DNA of 64,000 nucleotides from Escherichia coli (GTDB lineage Bacteria; Pseudomonadota; Gammaproteobacteria; Enterobacterales; Enterobacteriaceae): NCBI RefSeq assembly GCF_011045215.1, contig NZ_CP049201.1; one strand, 5' to 3'. Shown piece by piece: positions 49,831 to 59,502 of this stretch (position 1 is its first letter; each line of letters starts with the position of its first letter). The notes under the pieces were generated by a model. It saw only the letters and a program-made list of their open reading frames with translations, ran no database searches and was not told where the DNA came from. The position numbers and the translations under genes were made by a program.

Positions 49831-51340
49831 TGCTGTAACTTGACAGGGAGACGTTGCCATTAGACGCAATCTGTCCGCCATTGTTATTGATGTTGTTCGC
49901 ACCAATTTCTACGCCGGTATCTGCAATAATGCCCAGAGAGTCAGAACTGCCGGTATCGGCGGTTTTGGTTGAACCATTATTTACGCTACCTGCCGCACCA
50001 ATAACGATATGCCCGGTGGACGAACGGATCAGACCTTTGTTGTTATCCACATTACCGTTACTGATAATGGCGATATCGCCAGTGGTCTGGATATCACCGC
50101 TGTTGTTATTCAACGCGCCTGATTCAAGCCCCACATAACCGCCGCGAATCTGACCATTGCTGTTGTTGAGCGTTCCGGTTTTCAGCGCCACGAGCCCCGC
50201 TTCAATCCCGACAGAACTCCCTTTACCAGAGTTAATCAGCGTGGCGTTATTGGTATCAACCGCCAGCATACCTGCTGCGGCGAGCTTGCCGTTGGTGTTA
50301 TCAATCGTGCCACTGTTAACGTAGATATCGCCCATCGTAGAGATGTTACCCGCACGGGTATTCACGATAGTATTCTTGTTGGTATTAAGCGAGATAGTGC
50401 CTACAGATGTCACCGTACCGGTGGTGTTATCCAGAGTACCATTTGTTGTCAGGTTGATCGTGCTTGCAGACTGAATCTGGGCGTTACTGTTTAACAGGTT
50501 ACCTTTGGAATCGATGCTGACACCATTAACCCCCCCAGCAATAACGCCGAGGTTGCGAACCCCCACACCTTTCTCGGTGCTGACCAGACTGATTTTGTTC
50601 GCATACATTCCGCCCAGTTTGGCAACATCTACGCTGTAACCGTTACGGGACCCCGTGGCGGATACGCTACCGGTCACCTGGCCTGCGGCATTAACATAGT
50701 TATTGCCAGCAACAACGTTCAGCTCATCGGCAGACACTTTGCCGTTAACTACCACGTTACGGGACAGAATTTCTGTCGGGCTGGCGTTATCCAGTTTACC
50801 GAGCGTAATGGTACCGCCGTTCACGGAGTAACCGGCCAGCTTGTCATCCTGGATATCCGGCGTCCCGGTGGTTAAGGTAAGTTTACCTGTATTGATTGAA
50901 CCGCCACCGTTTACAGTAATACCATTCGGGTTGGCAATAATCAGATCCGCTTTATCCCCTGCAACTTCCATCATCCCATTAATGGTTGAAGGATTTTTGG
51001 AAGTAACCTCATTCAGGATCACCTTCGCCGACCCGGAGGTCAGATTACTGTTTCCCTGAATATTTCCGGCAAGTGAAGTACTGGATTCATTAGCGCTGTT
51101 ATTGAAAACGACACCATTTTTATCAACGTTTAGGTTATCCCAGATATTATGAGATAAACCGCTACCGTTAGGTTTGTTGATGTCAACGACTGGCACACCA
51201 TTGGCGTTATATACCGTTCCATTTTTTATGACTAATCCCGCCGCTTGAGAAGCTACAGGAAAAGACAACATCATAAGTATAGCAATAGGGGTTAATGCTT
51301 TACCCACCGTTGCTTCCTTACTTAAATTTATCATCGCCAC
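47528..51340 (-). CDS. TpsA exoprotein (filamentous haemagglutinin/adhesin family), 1270 aa
   Basis: Signal peptide; TPS domain with ...LIIANPNGITVNGG...; Asn/Gly/Thr-rich beta-helix repeats; no VENN motif. Confidence 0.85.
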   Translation of the reverse strand: MAMINLSKEATVGKALTPIAILMMLSFPVASQAAGLVIKNGTVYNANGVPVVDINKPNGSGLSHNIWDNLNVDKNGVVFNNSANESSTSLAGNIQGNSNLTSGSAKVILNEVTSKNPSTINGMMEVAGDKADLIIANPNGITVNGGGSINTGKLTLTTGTPDIQDDKLAGYSVNGGTITLGKLDNASPTEILSRNVVVNGKVSADELNVVAGNNYVNAAGQVTGSVSATGSRNGYSVDVAKLGGMYANKISLVSTEKGVGVRNLGVIAGGVNGVSIDSKGNLLNSNAQIQSASTINLTTNGTLDNTTGTVTSVGTISLNTNKNTIVNTRAGNISTMGDIYVNSGTIDNTNGKLAAAGMLAVDTNNATLINSGKGSSVGIEAGLVALKTGTLNNSNGQIRGGYVGLESGALNNNSGDIQTTGDIAIISNGNVDNNKGLIRSSTGHIVIGAAGSVNNGSTKTADTGSSDSLGIIADTGVEIGANNINNNGGQIASNGNVSLSSYSTIDDYAGKILSNSKVIIKGSSLRNDTGGISGKQGIEVAVGGSLTNNIGVISSEEGDISLLANSVDNHGGFMMGQNITMESMSGVNNNTALIVASKKLKINARGSIENRDGNNFGNAYGQYFGMPQQTGGMVGKEGIELSGQNIYNNNSRLIAEDGPLTLQAQNTFDNTRALVISGADASIQVGGTYYNNYATTWSAGNLDIDATTLQNSSSGTMIDNNATGFIASDKNLSLEVVNSLTNYGWISGKGDVDVTVKNGNLYNRNTIAAEKGLDIAALNGIENWKDISAGGDLTMNTNRHVTNNSNSNMVGQNIVINAVNDINNRGNIVSDVDLNVTTKGNLYNYLYMVGYGDVALTANSVANNNATIEATGDLIIDSKGNVGNNRGKLHALNGVLSVKGSNLNNDYGEIRGYDDVTLALTGNYDSFKGSLTSETGDVTLTANIVDNAYGLIAGENVSVDAKSTIYNNTALIAANKKLVINAGGNLENRDGNNFLRYNGEVFGITDNVGGIVGKEGVTLSAQNVYNNNSSIIAENGPLNLLSRGTLDNTRALLSSGADAIIRAAGMFYNNYATTYSAGNLDVYAASLSNASDGRLEDNTATGVIASDKNLDLNVDNSVTNYGWISGKGDVHFNVLKGTLYNRNAIAADNALTINALNGVENFKDIVAGTALTIDTQKYVTNNSNSNMLGQTIAINAVNDINNRGNIVGDYSLGVKTTGNIYNYLNMLSYGVAGVSANKVTNSGKDAVLGGFYGLALEANETDNTGTIVGM

Positions 51341-51603
51341 TAACGTTTTCCTTATTGATGCTATTCATTTTGGACATGCAGATCACTTTTGATGACTCAC
51401 GGAATATCAGCAAAAATGATTGCGGCAAATCCTATCACCTGGCGCAATAAAAAATCACGAAAAATAAGCTGAAATAAGGATTCAAAAAAACAACTAAGAG
51501 TTATTGTTTTTTCATCGAACGGCGAAGAACCTAACTTACTAAAACACAATAATTTAAAAGTCCCCCATCCTTGCTCCTTGGGTGATAAAAAATCCAATTT
51601 AGA

Positions 51604-51654
51604 GGATGTCTGAAATGATATGTAGTTTTCTGTACGACATCATTTCAGACATCC
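51604..51654. promoter_or_regulatory. Perfect 16-bp inverted repeat (ggatgtctgaaatgat / atcatttcagacatcc) with a 19-bp spacer
   Basis: Read directly; lies in the AT-rich intergenic region between the TpsA start and the divergent fimbrial locus. Confidence 0.5.
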
Positions 51655-52732
51655 GAATAAAACAACAAAGTTGGTGAGTTACAATTAATTTAAATCTTAT
51701 TATTTGATTAACAAAGCATCATCATTACTGCATCTTATTCTCTATATCTTTTACGTCGGGGTAGATTCTTTATGGTCATTACGGGCAGGCGACATTTCAT
51801 TATATTACCATTTGCATTCACGCTTGTAACCCTTAAGAGTTATATAAAAAGGAAAGAGTTCTTGCTCATGGTATTACTGAGATCGGATTAACCATGAGGT
51901 TAGCTATATAGAGAGCTTTGGCTTTGCGACAATTGGCTTAAGCAGCCACATTATGCCTGGCTTATCGTTGAAAGGGAGAAAGAAGAGCAAAACGGTTTGG
52001 CAAGCTTTCATTCCCATCTAATAGTAATCACCGCTATACATCATCCCTTAACGTATTCTGGTCTTCATAAAAATGTTATTCTAAATTAAAGATTGTAATG
52101 ATTTTAATAATGTTGTTATTATTTTGCAACAAATCAATATAACACAATGATTATTCGCGATTTTTTATTAGTTAAGAGGAATTGTTTTTACAGATTGCGC
52201 TACAATTCCGCTCATTTCTCACCACAGGAAAAGCTGAAGTAATCTTAAATGACTGTATTAACCCTTTTCTCCGCTGCCAGCACTCTTAAATATCGTTGTT
52301 TTATTCTTATAAAAACGGCTTTTTTGACATAAAAAGTAATAGGTTCAGCCATTATGCAGAATTTACAACCTGAGAAAATCGCAAAAAACACTCTTATTCA
52401 GAATAAAACTCTGTTTATCATCTTTCGGTAAGCATTAAATTACTATATTACCGTTCAACATGAGTATGAATGAAAATTCAGTTGTTATACATGTGATGAA
52501 TGTCATATATTGTGCTCATCGATTGCAGGACATCGCTATTCTTTTAGAGATACAGATATCACGCTGTTACTCTCTAATATAAAGAACACGCAAAGATTAG
52601 TTGTGTTACTGCAGTTGTTATGTCGCATATGGAATGCCCATTGTTACATCTTTAGTAAAAAGCTTTATTCACTTTCAAAATTTTTACTCCATGAAGATAG
52701 GCTGTTTTGCTGCAAGCAATTGAGTTAGTGCA

Positions 52733-53356
52733 ATGAACAAGAACTTACTAACAAGGGTAATTATCATTTCGGATGATCTATATTACCTTCAGGGATTAAG
52801 TGCAAAACTAGGTCACCATTATCGTTTTTTTATTGAGTGTTTTTTTTGTTCTCAAAATGCATGCAATAATGACCTAAGTACACTTAGATTTGACAACCGC
52901 TTTACAAAAAACGTACTTCTTGTCGCAGTGGATGACGTAAGTATACTTGCAAAACTGCCAGATTTGGCCAGGTTTTTAATGATTGTTTCACTAAGAAAGA
53001 TGAAAAACAGAAATATCTTCTTTTCACTTTCAGAGCAAATATTCATTAGCCGATATATAAAATTGAATAAACTCATTACTTTGATTAAAAGTACTGATAA
53101 AGACCAGCAAGTCAGGCAGGTAACTCTGACAAGGTATGAGTGGGATATCTATTACTTATTTTTTAAGATAGATAACAAAAGAATATTGCACACCCTGCTA
53201 AAAAAGGATGTCAAGTATATTAGTCACTATAAAATATCAGTTTTTAATAAGTTTGAAATTGCTTGTGATAGTGATGGCTTTTACATTTTCAAGGCACTTA
53301 TACAGTTAAGGAGATTTACCCGTTTTAAAAACGTCAGATTGTATCAATTGCATTAA
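52733..53356 (+). CDS. Putative fimbrial-operon regulator with a degenerate LuxR-type HTH
   Basis: 207 aa, AT-rich; C-terminal ...LTRYEWDIYYLFFKIDNKRILHTLLKKDVKYISHYKISVFNKFEI follows the LuxR/FixJ HTH pattern; sits just upstream of the fimbrial major subunit gene. Confidence 0.4.
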   Translation: MNKNLLTRVIIISDDLYYLQGLSAKLGHHYRFFIECFFCSQNACNNDLSTLRFDNRFTKNVLLVAVDDVSILAKLPDLARFLMIVSLRKMKNRNIFFSLSEQIFISRYIKLNKLITLIKSTDKDQQVRQVTLTRYEWDIYYLFFKIDNKRILHTLLKKDVKYISHYKISVFNKFEIACDSDGFYIFKALIQLRRFTRFKNVRLYQLH

Positions 53357-53398
53357 TTAACTCGTTCTATATTAACTCTAAATTTCAAGGATATTAAT

Positions 53399-53959
53399 AT
53401 GTTTTCTACTTTCAAAAAAGCAGCTCTGCTGGCAGCTATTGCATTACCTTTTTCAACTATGGCTGCGCCTACAGTCACTTTTCAGGGTGAAGTAACCGAT
53501 CAGACCTGTTCCGTAAATATCAACGGTCAAACCAATTCAGTAGTATTGATGCCGACCGTAGCCATGGCTGACTTCGGTGCAACTTTAGCTGATGGTCAGA
53601 GCGCAGGCCTGACGCCGTTTACGGTTTCTGTGTCTAACTGCCAGGCTCCAACTGGTACAGATCAGGCAATCAACACCACCTTCCTGGGCTACGACGTTGA
53701 CGCTAGCACGGGTGTTATGGGAAACCGTGATACCAGCAGCGATGCGGCGAAAGGCTTTGGCATTCAGTTAATGGATTCCAGCACTTCTGGTAACCCAATA
53801 ACTCTGGCTGGCGCGACTAACGTACCGGGTCTGACCCTGAAAGTTGGCGATACCGAAGCCAGCTACGACTTCGGTGCGCGTTACTTCGTTATCGATAGCG
53901 CTGCTGCCACTGCCGGTAAAATTACCGCTGTCGCAGAATACACCCTGAGCTACCTCTAA
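53399..53959 (+). CDS. Fimbrial major subunit (type 1/FimA-like pilin)
   Basis: 186 aa; signal peptide; Cys pair; C-terminal ...AEYTLSYL donor-strand-type motif. Confidence 0.8.
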   Translation: MFSTFKKAALLAAIALPFSTMAAPTVTFQGEVTDQTCSVNINGQTNSVVLMPTVAMADFGATLADGQSAGLTPFTVSVSNCQAPTGTDQAINTTFLGYDVDASTGVMGNRDTSSDAAKGFGIQLMDSSTSGNPITLAGATNVPGLTLKVGDTEASYDFGARYFVIDSAAATAGKITAVAEYTLSYL

Positions 53960-54023
53960 TTAATCTACTGGCTGGCAGTAAATGTCAGCCAGTATTTCTT
54001 TGCACAATTAATAGTGATTTTTC

Positions 54024-54746
54024 ATGGACATGGAAAAGATAAGAATGAACATTTTTGCATATTTACTGGTACTTGTATTTTCCATGAGCATGAGCAGCAG
54101 CGCGTTTGCCAGCGTGGTAATGACCGGAACCCGTATTATTTTCCCTGGTGACGCAAAGGAAAAAACCATCCAGTTGCGAAATACCAGCGATCAGCCCTAT
54201 ATCATTAATATCCATGTTGAGGATGAACGTGGTTCTGACAAGAATGTACCGTTTATGCCAACCCCGCAGACATTTCGCATGGAAGCTGCCGCAGGTCAGG
54301 CGTTACGCCTGCTCTACACTGGTGATAATTTACCGCAGGATCGCGAGTCTGTTTTCTGGTTTAGTTTCAGTCAACTACCTTATCTGAATAAGAACGATAA
54401 AAGTCAGAACCAGCTCATCCTGGCCCTGACTAATCGAGTCAAAATTTTCTATCGTCCCAGCTCAATTGTCGGTAAATCCAGTGACGCGCCAAAAAACCTG
54501 ACTTACCAGGTAAAACAGAACCGCATTGAAGTGACGAATCCCACGGGCTATTACGTCGTGATTCGCGCCGCTGAACTGCTTAATAACGGTAAAAAAGTCC
54601 CCCTCGCGAATTCCGTCATGATTGCTCCTCAAGGCAAAACTGAATGGACACTACGCACTGGCATCAGCGTCGCTCCCGGTGCGCAGATTCATTTAGTGAC
54701 CGTCAATGACTATGGCGTAAATGTCACGTCTGAGCATGCCTTATAA
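54024..54746 (+). CDS. Periplasmic fimbrial chaperone (PapD-like)
   Basis: Signal peptide then ...TRIIFPGDAKEKTIQLRN... typical of pilus chaperones; the start could instead be 54045. Confidence 0.8.
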   Translation: MDMEKIRMNIFAYLLVLVFSMSMSSSAFASVVMTGTRIIFPGDAKEKTIQLRNTSDQPYIINIHVEDERGSDKNVPFMPTPQTFRMEAAAGQALRLLYTGDNLPQDRESVFWFSFSQLPYLNKNDKSQNQLILALTNRVKIFYRPSSIVGKSSDAPKNLTYQVKQNRIEVTNPTGYYVVIRAAELLNNGKKVPLANSVMIAPQGKTEWTLRTGISVAPGAQIHLVTVNDYGVNVTSEHAL

Positions 54747-54798
54747 GCTCTTTCCCCTTTTTTGAGCGGTATCCTTTTTCACGCACGAGTATGTCGAG

Positions 54799-57321
54799 AT
54801 GAATAAATCCGTTGTGTCAATTTCTGCGGCAATATTGGTTTTACTCTGCCAGCCGGTTATGGGGAAAGAAATCTCACCCGCTACACCGTCAGATGAAGAC
54901 AACTACACCTTTGACCCGCAACTCTTTCGCGGCAGCAGATTTAGTCAGTCGTCATTGGCAAAACTGACAACTCGTGAGTCTGTTGCACCGGGCAATTATA
55001 AAATGGATATCTACACCAATAATAAGTTGTCAGGCAGTTGGAATGTCACGTTCAAAGAAGCCGCTGATGGTCGCGTTCTGCCCTGCCTGACGCCTGAAGT
55101 CGCGGACGCGATAGGCCTCAAAACAGGGGAAGATAAGGGTGAAAAAGATCCGGTCTGTACCTTTGCTCAGGAACTCGCTCCCGGCATCACCAGCCAGACA
55201 CAGTTGTCACAACTACGCCTTGACTTGTCGGTGCCTCAGAGTCAAATGATTAGTCGCCCTCGCGGCTATGTCCCCCCCAGCGAGCTGGATACCGGAGCAT
55301 CGCTGGCGTTCATGAATTATATTGCCAACTATTACAACGTTGCCTATTCAGGGCAGAATGCTCATAGCCAGCGTTCGCTATGGGCATCATTTAATGGTGG
55401 CATCAACCTTGGTGCCTGGCAATATCGTCAGTTATCCAACATGACCTGGGATAATGACAAAGGGAATCAGTGGAACAATATTCGTAGCTATTTGCAACGC
55501 CCGCTGCCCGCCATAAATAGCCAGTTAATGATGGGGCAGCTTATCACCAGCGGAAGATTTTTCTCTGGACTCAGTTATCACGGCGTTAGTCTCGCGACCG
55601 ATGAACGTATGCTGCCGGACTCCATGCGCGGCTATGCGCCGACTATTCGCGGCGTGGCCGCAACAAACGCCAGAGTCTCGGTAATGCAAAACGGTCATGA
55701 AATATATCAGACCACCGTGGCTCCTGGCCCTTTCGAGATAAACGACCTATACCCCACCAGCTACAGCGGCGATCTGGATGTCACCGTTACGGAAGCTAAC
55801 GGCGCAGTCAGTCGTTTCAGTGTCCCCTTTTCAGCCGTACCAGAATCGATGCGTCCAGGAACTTCCCGTTATAACGTGGAAGTAGGTAAAACGCAGGATA
55901 GTGGTGATGACTCGATGTTTGGTGACCTTACCTGGCAGCACGGGATGACTAATACGCTGACATTTAACAGTGGTTCGCGTATCGCTGATGGCTACCAGGC
56001 GCTGATGCTGGGCGGAGTCTATGGCAGTTCGCTGGGGGCATTTGGGGCAAACCTCACTTGGTCCCATGCGCGTGTTCCCGAAAGCGAAGCGCAGAGTGGT
56101 TGGATGTCGCAATTAACCTGGAGTAAAACTTTCCAGCCTACTTCAACCACCGTCTCCCTGGCAGGTTATCGATACTCTACCAGCGGCTATCGTGATCTGG
56201 CTGATGTGCTGGGAGAGCGTCATGCTGCCAGCAATAAACAGTCATGGGACTCCAGCCAGTGGCGTCAACAGTCGCGCTTCGATCTTACGTTAAGTCAGAG
56301 CCTTGCGAATTACGGCAACCTGTTTGTGTCAGGTTCAACACAGAACTACCGTGGCGGCAAAAGCCGTGATACACAGCTTCAGTTAGGTTACAGCAATAGC
56401 TTTAGCCATGGCATCAGTATGAACCTTTCCGTCGGACGCCAAAGAATGGGCGGCTATAAAGACAATTCTGATGATATGCAGACGGTAACATCCCTTTCAT
56501 TCTCATTCCCACTTGGCGGCAATGGACCTCGTGTACCAAGTCTTAGCAACAGCTGGACCCATTCAACTGACGGTAGCTCGCAATTACAAAGCTCGCTAAC
56601 CGGAATGCTTGATGAAGCACAGACCACCAACTACAGCCTGAACGTCATGCGCGATCAACAATATAAGCAGACGACGCTTAGCGGAAACATGCAAAAACGT
56701 TTTTCACAAACTACCGTCGGATTGAACGCATCGAAGGGCCAGGATTACTGGCAGGCTTCAGGTAACGTACAAGGCGCGATGGCTGTGCATGGTGGCGGCA
56801 TTACTTTCGGACCTTATCTGGGTGAAACGTTCGCCCTGGTCGAAGCTAAAGGCGCAGAAGGTGCAAAAGTCTATAACTCCAGTCAGCTGGAAATTAATGA
56901 CAGTGGCTATGCGCTTGTTCCGGCAGTAACGCCCTATCGATACAACCGTATATCTCTCGATCCACAAGGAATGGATGGCGATGCCGAGTTGGTCGACAGT
57001 GAAAGACAGGTAGCACCGGTTGCAGGTGCGGCGGTGAAAGTAATTTTCCGTACCCGTCCTGGTAAAGCGTTGCTGATTAAATCCCGCATGGCAGATGGTT
57101 CGGAACTGCCAATGGGAGCCGATGTGCTGGATGAGAATAATACAGTCGTCGGTATAGCCGGTCAGGGGGGGCAAATTTACCTCCGCACAGAACAGACAAA
57201 AGGCCACTTGTCAGTTCGCTGGGGTGAAGGTGCTAACGATAGCTGCCAATTGCCCTTTGATATCAGCGGGAAGGACAGCAATAGCCCTATCATCCGCCTG
57301 AATGAAACCTGTCAGTCTTGA
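54799..57321 (+). CDS. Fimbrial usher (FimD/PapC family)
   Basis: 840 aa; signal peptide; usher-typical length and composition; position in the operon. Confidence 0.9.
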   Translation: MNKSVVSISAAILVLLCQPVMGKEISPATPSDEDNYTFDPQLFRGSRFSQSSLAKLTTRESVAPGNYKMDIYTNNKLSGSWNVTFKEAADGRVLPCLTPEVADAIGLKTGEDKGEKDPVCTFAQELAPGITSQTQLSQLRLDLSVPQSQMISRPRGYVPPSELDTGASLAFMNYIANYYNVAYSGQNAHSQRSLWASFNGGINLGAWQYRQLSNMTWDNDKGNQWNNIRSYLQRPLPAINSQLMMGQLITSGRFFSGLSYHGVSLATDERMLPDSMRGYAPTIRGVAATNARVSVMQNGHEIYQTTVAPGPFEINDLYPTSYSGDLDVTVTEANGAVSRFSVPFSAVPESMRPGTSRYNVEVGKTQDSGDDSMFGDLTWQHGMTNTLTFNSGSRIADGYQALMLGGVYGSSLGAFGANLTWSHARVPESEAQSGWMSQLTWSKTFQPTSTTVSLAGYRYSTSGYRDLADVLGERHAASNKQSWDSSQWRQQSRFDLTLSQSLANYGNLFVSGSTQNYRGGKSRDTQLQLGYSNSFSHGISMNLSVGRQRMGGYKDNSDDMQTVTSLSFSFPLGGNGPRVPSLSNSWTHSTDGSSQLQSSLTGMLDEAQTTNYSLNVMRDQQYKQTTLSGNMQKRFSQTTVGLNASKGQDYWQASGNVQGAMAVHGGGITFGPYLGETFALVEAKGAEGAKVYNSSQLEINDSGYALVPAVTPYRYNRISLDPQGMDGDAELVDSERQVAPVAGAAVKVIFRTRPGKALLIKSRMADGSELPMGADVLDENNTVVGIAGQGGQIYLRTEQTKGHLSVRWGEGANDSCQLPFDISGKDSNSPIIRLNETCQS

Positions 57322-57336
57322 TACAGAGAAAACCCG

Positions 57337-58671
57337 ATGTCTAAATCGACTTTATTACACATTCTGATTAGCTCCATCATATTGGTGGCACTAATACAAT
57401 CATCCGCTTGGGCTAACTGTACAAACACACAGATAGGTCAAACTGAAGATGGTCGGACAGCGCTTATTGAGTTCGGAAAAATTAATATGACCGACACCTA
57501 TTTTGCGCCAGCAGGTTCACTCCTCGCGACAACGGTCGTACCTCCCACTAACTACACATCAGGTGGCGCGACAGGAAGCTCAGTATTGTGGGAATGTGAT
57601 GCAACAGATTTGCCAAACATCTATTTTCTGGTCGCTACCAATGGCGACGACCGCGTGGGGGGCTTTTACGATGCAGGCGGGCCTGATGGTCTGAGTGATG
57701 TCTATGCCACCTGGTTCGCTTTTGTCGGTCTCAAGCAGACCATGGCGGGCGTGACGCTTGGTCGTTACTGGAAGAAAGTGCCCATCACCAGTTATGCCAC
57801 TCAGGGAACTAAAATCCAGATTCGCTTACAGGATATCCCTCCTCTTCATGCTGAGCTTTATCGCATCAGTACGCTACCTGATACATCAGCAACAACAAGT
57901 TGGTGCGGTAATAATAATACAGATGGTAGTGGAGTCGGATTCGCAAAACCTTCCGGTACAATCTATAACTGTGTTCAGCCCAATGCCTATATTCAGCTTT
58001 CCGGTACCAGCGGCATTTTATTTGGTCATGATGAGCCCGGCGAAGATAGTTCTGTTCATTGGGATTTCTGGGGTGCTGATAATGGTTTTGGTTACGGAAT
58101 GCGTTCGGCCAATCGACTCTACAACAATGCCACCTGCGTTGCCCGCAGCGCCACGCCGTTAGTATTGCTGCCGACAATTGCAGAAGCACAACTGAATGCG
58201 GGCATGGAAAGTACCGGTAATTTTAATGTCCGCGTCGAGTGTAGTAACTCGGTTCAATCAGGGATTAGCGATACTCAGACAGCATTAGGAATCCAGGTGT
58301 CTGAAGGTGCATATACAGCGGCGCAAAAACTGGGGATTATCAATAGCAACGGCGGCGTCAGCGCCCTGGTCTCTGATAATTATGACGCAGCAGAGATGGC
58401 AAAGGGCGTTGGGATCTACATTTCTAACAGTGCTCACCCCGATACGGCGATGACGCTGGTTGGTCAACCGGGCATCGCGAAGTTAACCCCCGGAGGAAAT
58501 GCAGCGGGGTGGTATCCTGTATTTGAAGGGGCAACATTAGAAGGTGCGACTCACCCCGGATACTCCAGCTATAGTTACTCTTTTATCGCCCGGTTGAAGA
58601 AACTGCCAAATCAGACAGTCAGTGCGGGAAAAGTGCGGGCAACGGCTTATATATTGGTGAAAATGCAATGA
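57337..58671 (+). CDS. Fimbrial tip adhesin / minor subunit (two-domain, 444 aa)
   Basis: Signal peptide; size fits a lectin-plus-pilin two-domain adhesin; position after the usher. Confidence 0.55.
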   Translation: MSKSTLLHILISSIILVALIQSSAWANCTNTQIGQTEDGRTALIEFGKINMTDTYFAPAGSLLATTVVPPTNYTSGGATGSSVLWECDATDLPNIYFLVATNGDDRVGGFYDAGGPDGLSDVYATWFAFVGLKQTMAGVTLGRYWKKVPITSYATQGTKIQIRLQDIPPLHAELYRISTLPDTSATTSWCGNNNTDGSGVGFAKPSGTIYNCVQPNAYIQLSGTSGILFGHDEPGEDSSVHWDFWGADNGFGYGMRSANRLYNNATCVARSATPLVLLPTIAEAQLNAGMESTGNFNVRVECSNSVQSGISDTQTALGIQVSEGAYTAAQKLGIINSNGGVSALVSDNYDAAEMAKGVGIYISNSAHPDTAMTLVGQPGIAKLTPGGNAAGWYPVFEGATLEGATHPGYSSYSYSFIARLKKLPNQTVSAGKVRATAYILVKMQ

Positions 58672-59357
58672 AATCCGTTTTGCTCCTCTTAACCGTCTTG
58701 TTCGTACAGTCAGTGGAAGCCGGCATCATGCCGGCTTCTTCACGGATTATTTATCGCGATGGCGATCGGGAAAAGACACTGATGCTGGTCAATACCAATG
58801 ACTATCCGGTACTGGTGCAAAGTTGGGTAGATAATGGTGAAGGTTCCCCTGAATCTGCTTCTCCCCCCTTTGTGGTGCTGCCACCGGTTTTCCGCCTGGC
58901 TGCGAGACGAACCCAGGGGTTGCGGATTATCTATAATCATGACCCACTTCCCCAGGATCGCGAATCTGCATTCTGGTTAAATCTTTATGAAATGCCGCCA
59001 GAAACTCCCCATCAAGATCCCACACATTTAACGCTGGCAATGAATACGCAACTTAAAATCTTTTACAGGCCAAAATCTGTAACTATGACGCCCCAAGAAG
59101 CTATGCGTAAAATAAGTTGGCATCTGGGTAACGACGGCAGCAGTAGCTATATTGAGCTTAATAACCCAACACCACTGAATATCTCTTTCACCTCCATCAG
59201 CATTGGGGCTACAAAGGTGCAGCAAGAAAGCGATATGATGATAAAACCCTTCAGTCAACGACGGTACTGGTTAGCAAGTAATAACGTTAGTGGTGTGGTT
59301 GCGGCGACATATCTCGATGATAATGGTGCACAGATAAAACAACAATTAGCGCAATAA
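58668..59357 (+). CDS. Second periplasmic fimbrial chaperone (PapD-like)
   Basis: 229 aa; signal peptide; ...SRIIYRDGDREKTLMLVNTNDYPVLVQSW... chaperone pattern. Confidence 0.75.
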   Translation: MKSVLLLLTVLFVQSVEAGIMPASSRIIYRDGDREKTLMLVNTNDYPVLVQSWVDNGEGSPESASPPFVVLPPVFRLAARRTQGLRIIYNHDPLPQDRESAFWLNLYEMPPETPHQDPTHLTLAMNTQLKIFYRPKSVTMTPQEAMRKISWHLGNDGSSSYIELNNPTPLNISFTSISIGATKVQQESDMMIKPFSQRRYWLASNNVSGVVAATYLDDNGAQIKQQLAQ

Positions 59358-59502
59358 TGCTCTGAGTGGTATGTAAACTCATCGCGATGGTTCAACGCTA
59401 ACGAATAACCACTATACCCACCTGAAGTACCGGAAGTGGAGAAATGACAACATCTCTCCACTCCATTTTCCAGTCAAAACACCTCAACGCAGCCAAAAAT
59501 CG

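Noticed and set aside
47742-51059. Plus-strand ORFs inside the TpsA gene (e.g. 47742-47981, 48819-49115, 49211-49654)
   Set aside because: Antisense shadow ORFs of the repetitive TpsA gene; their mutual similarity only reflects the internal duplication of the real minus-strand gene.
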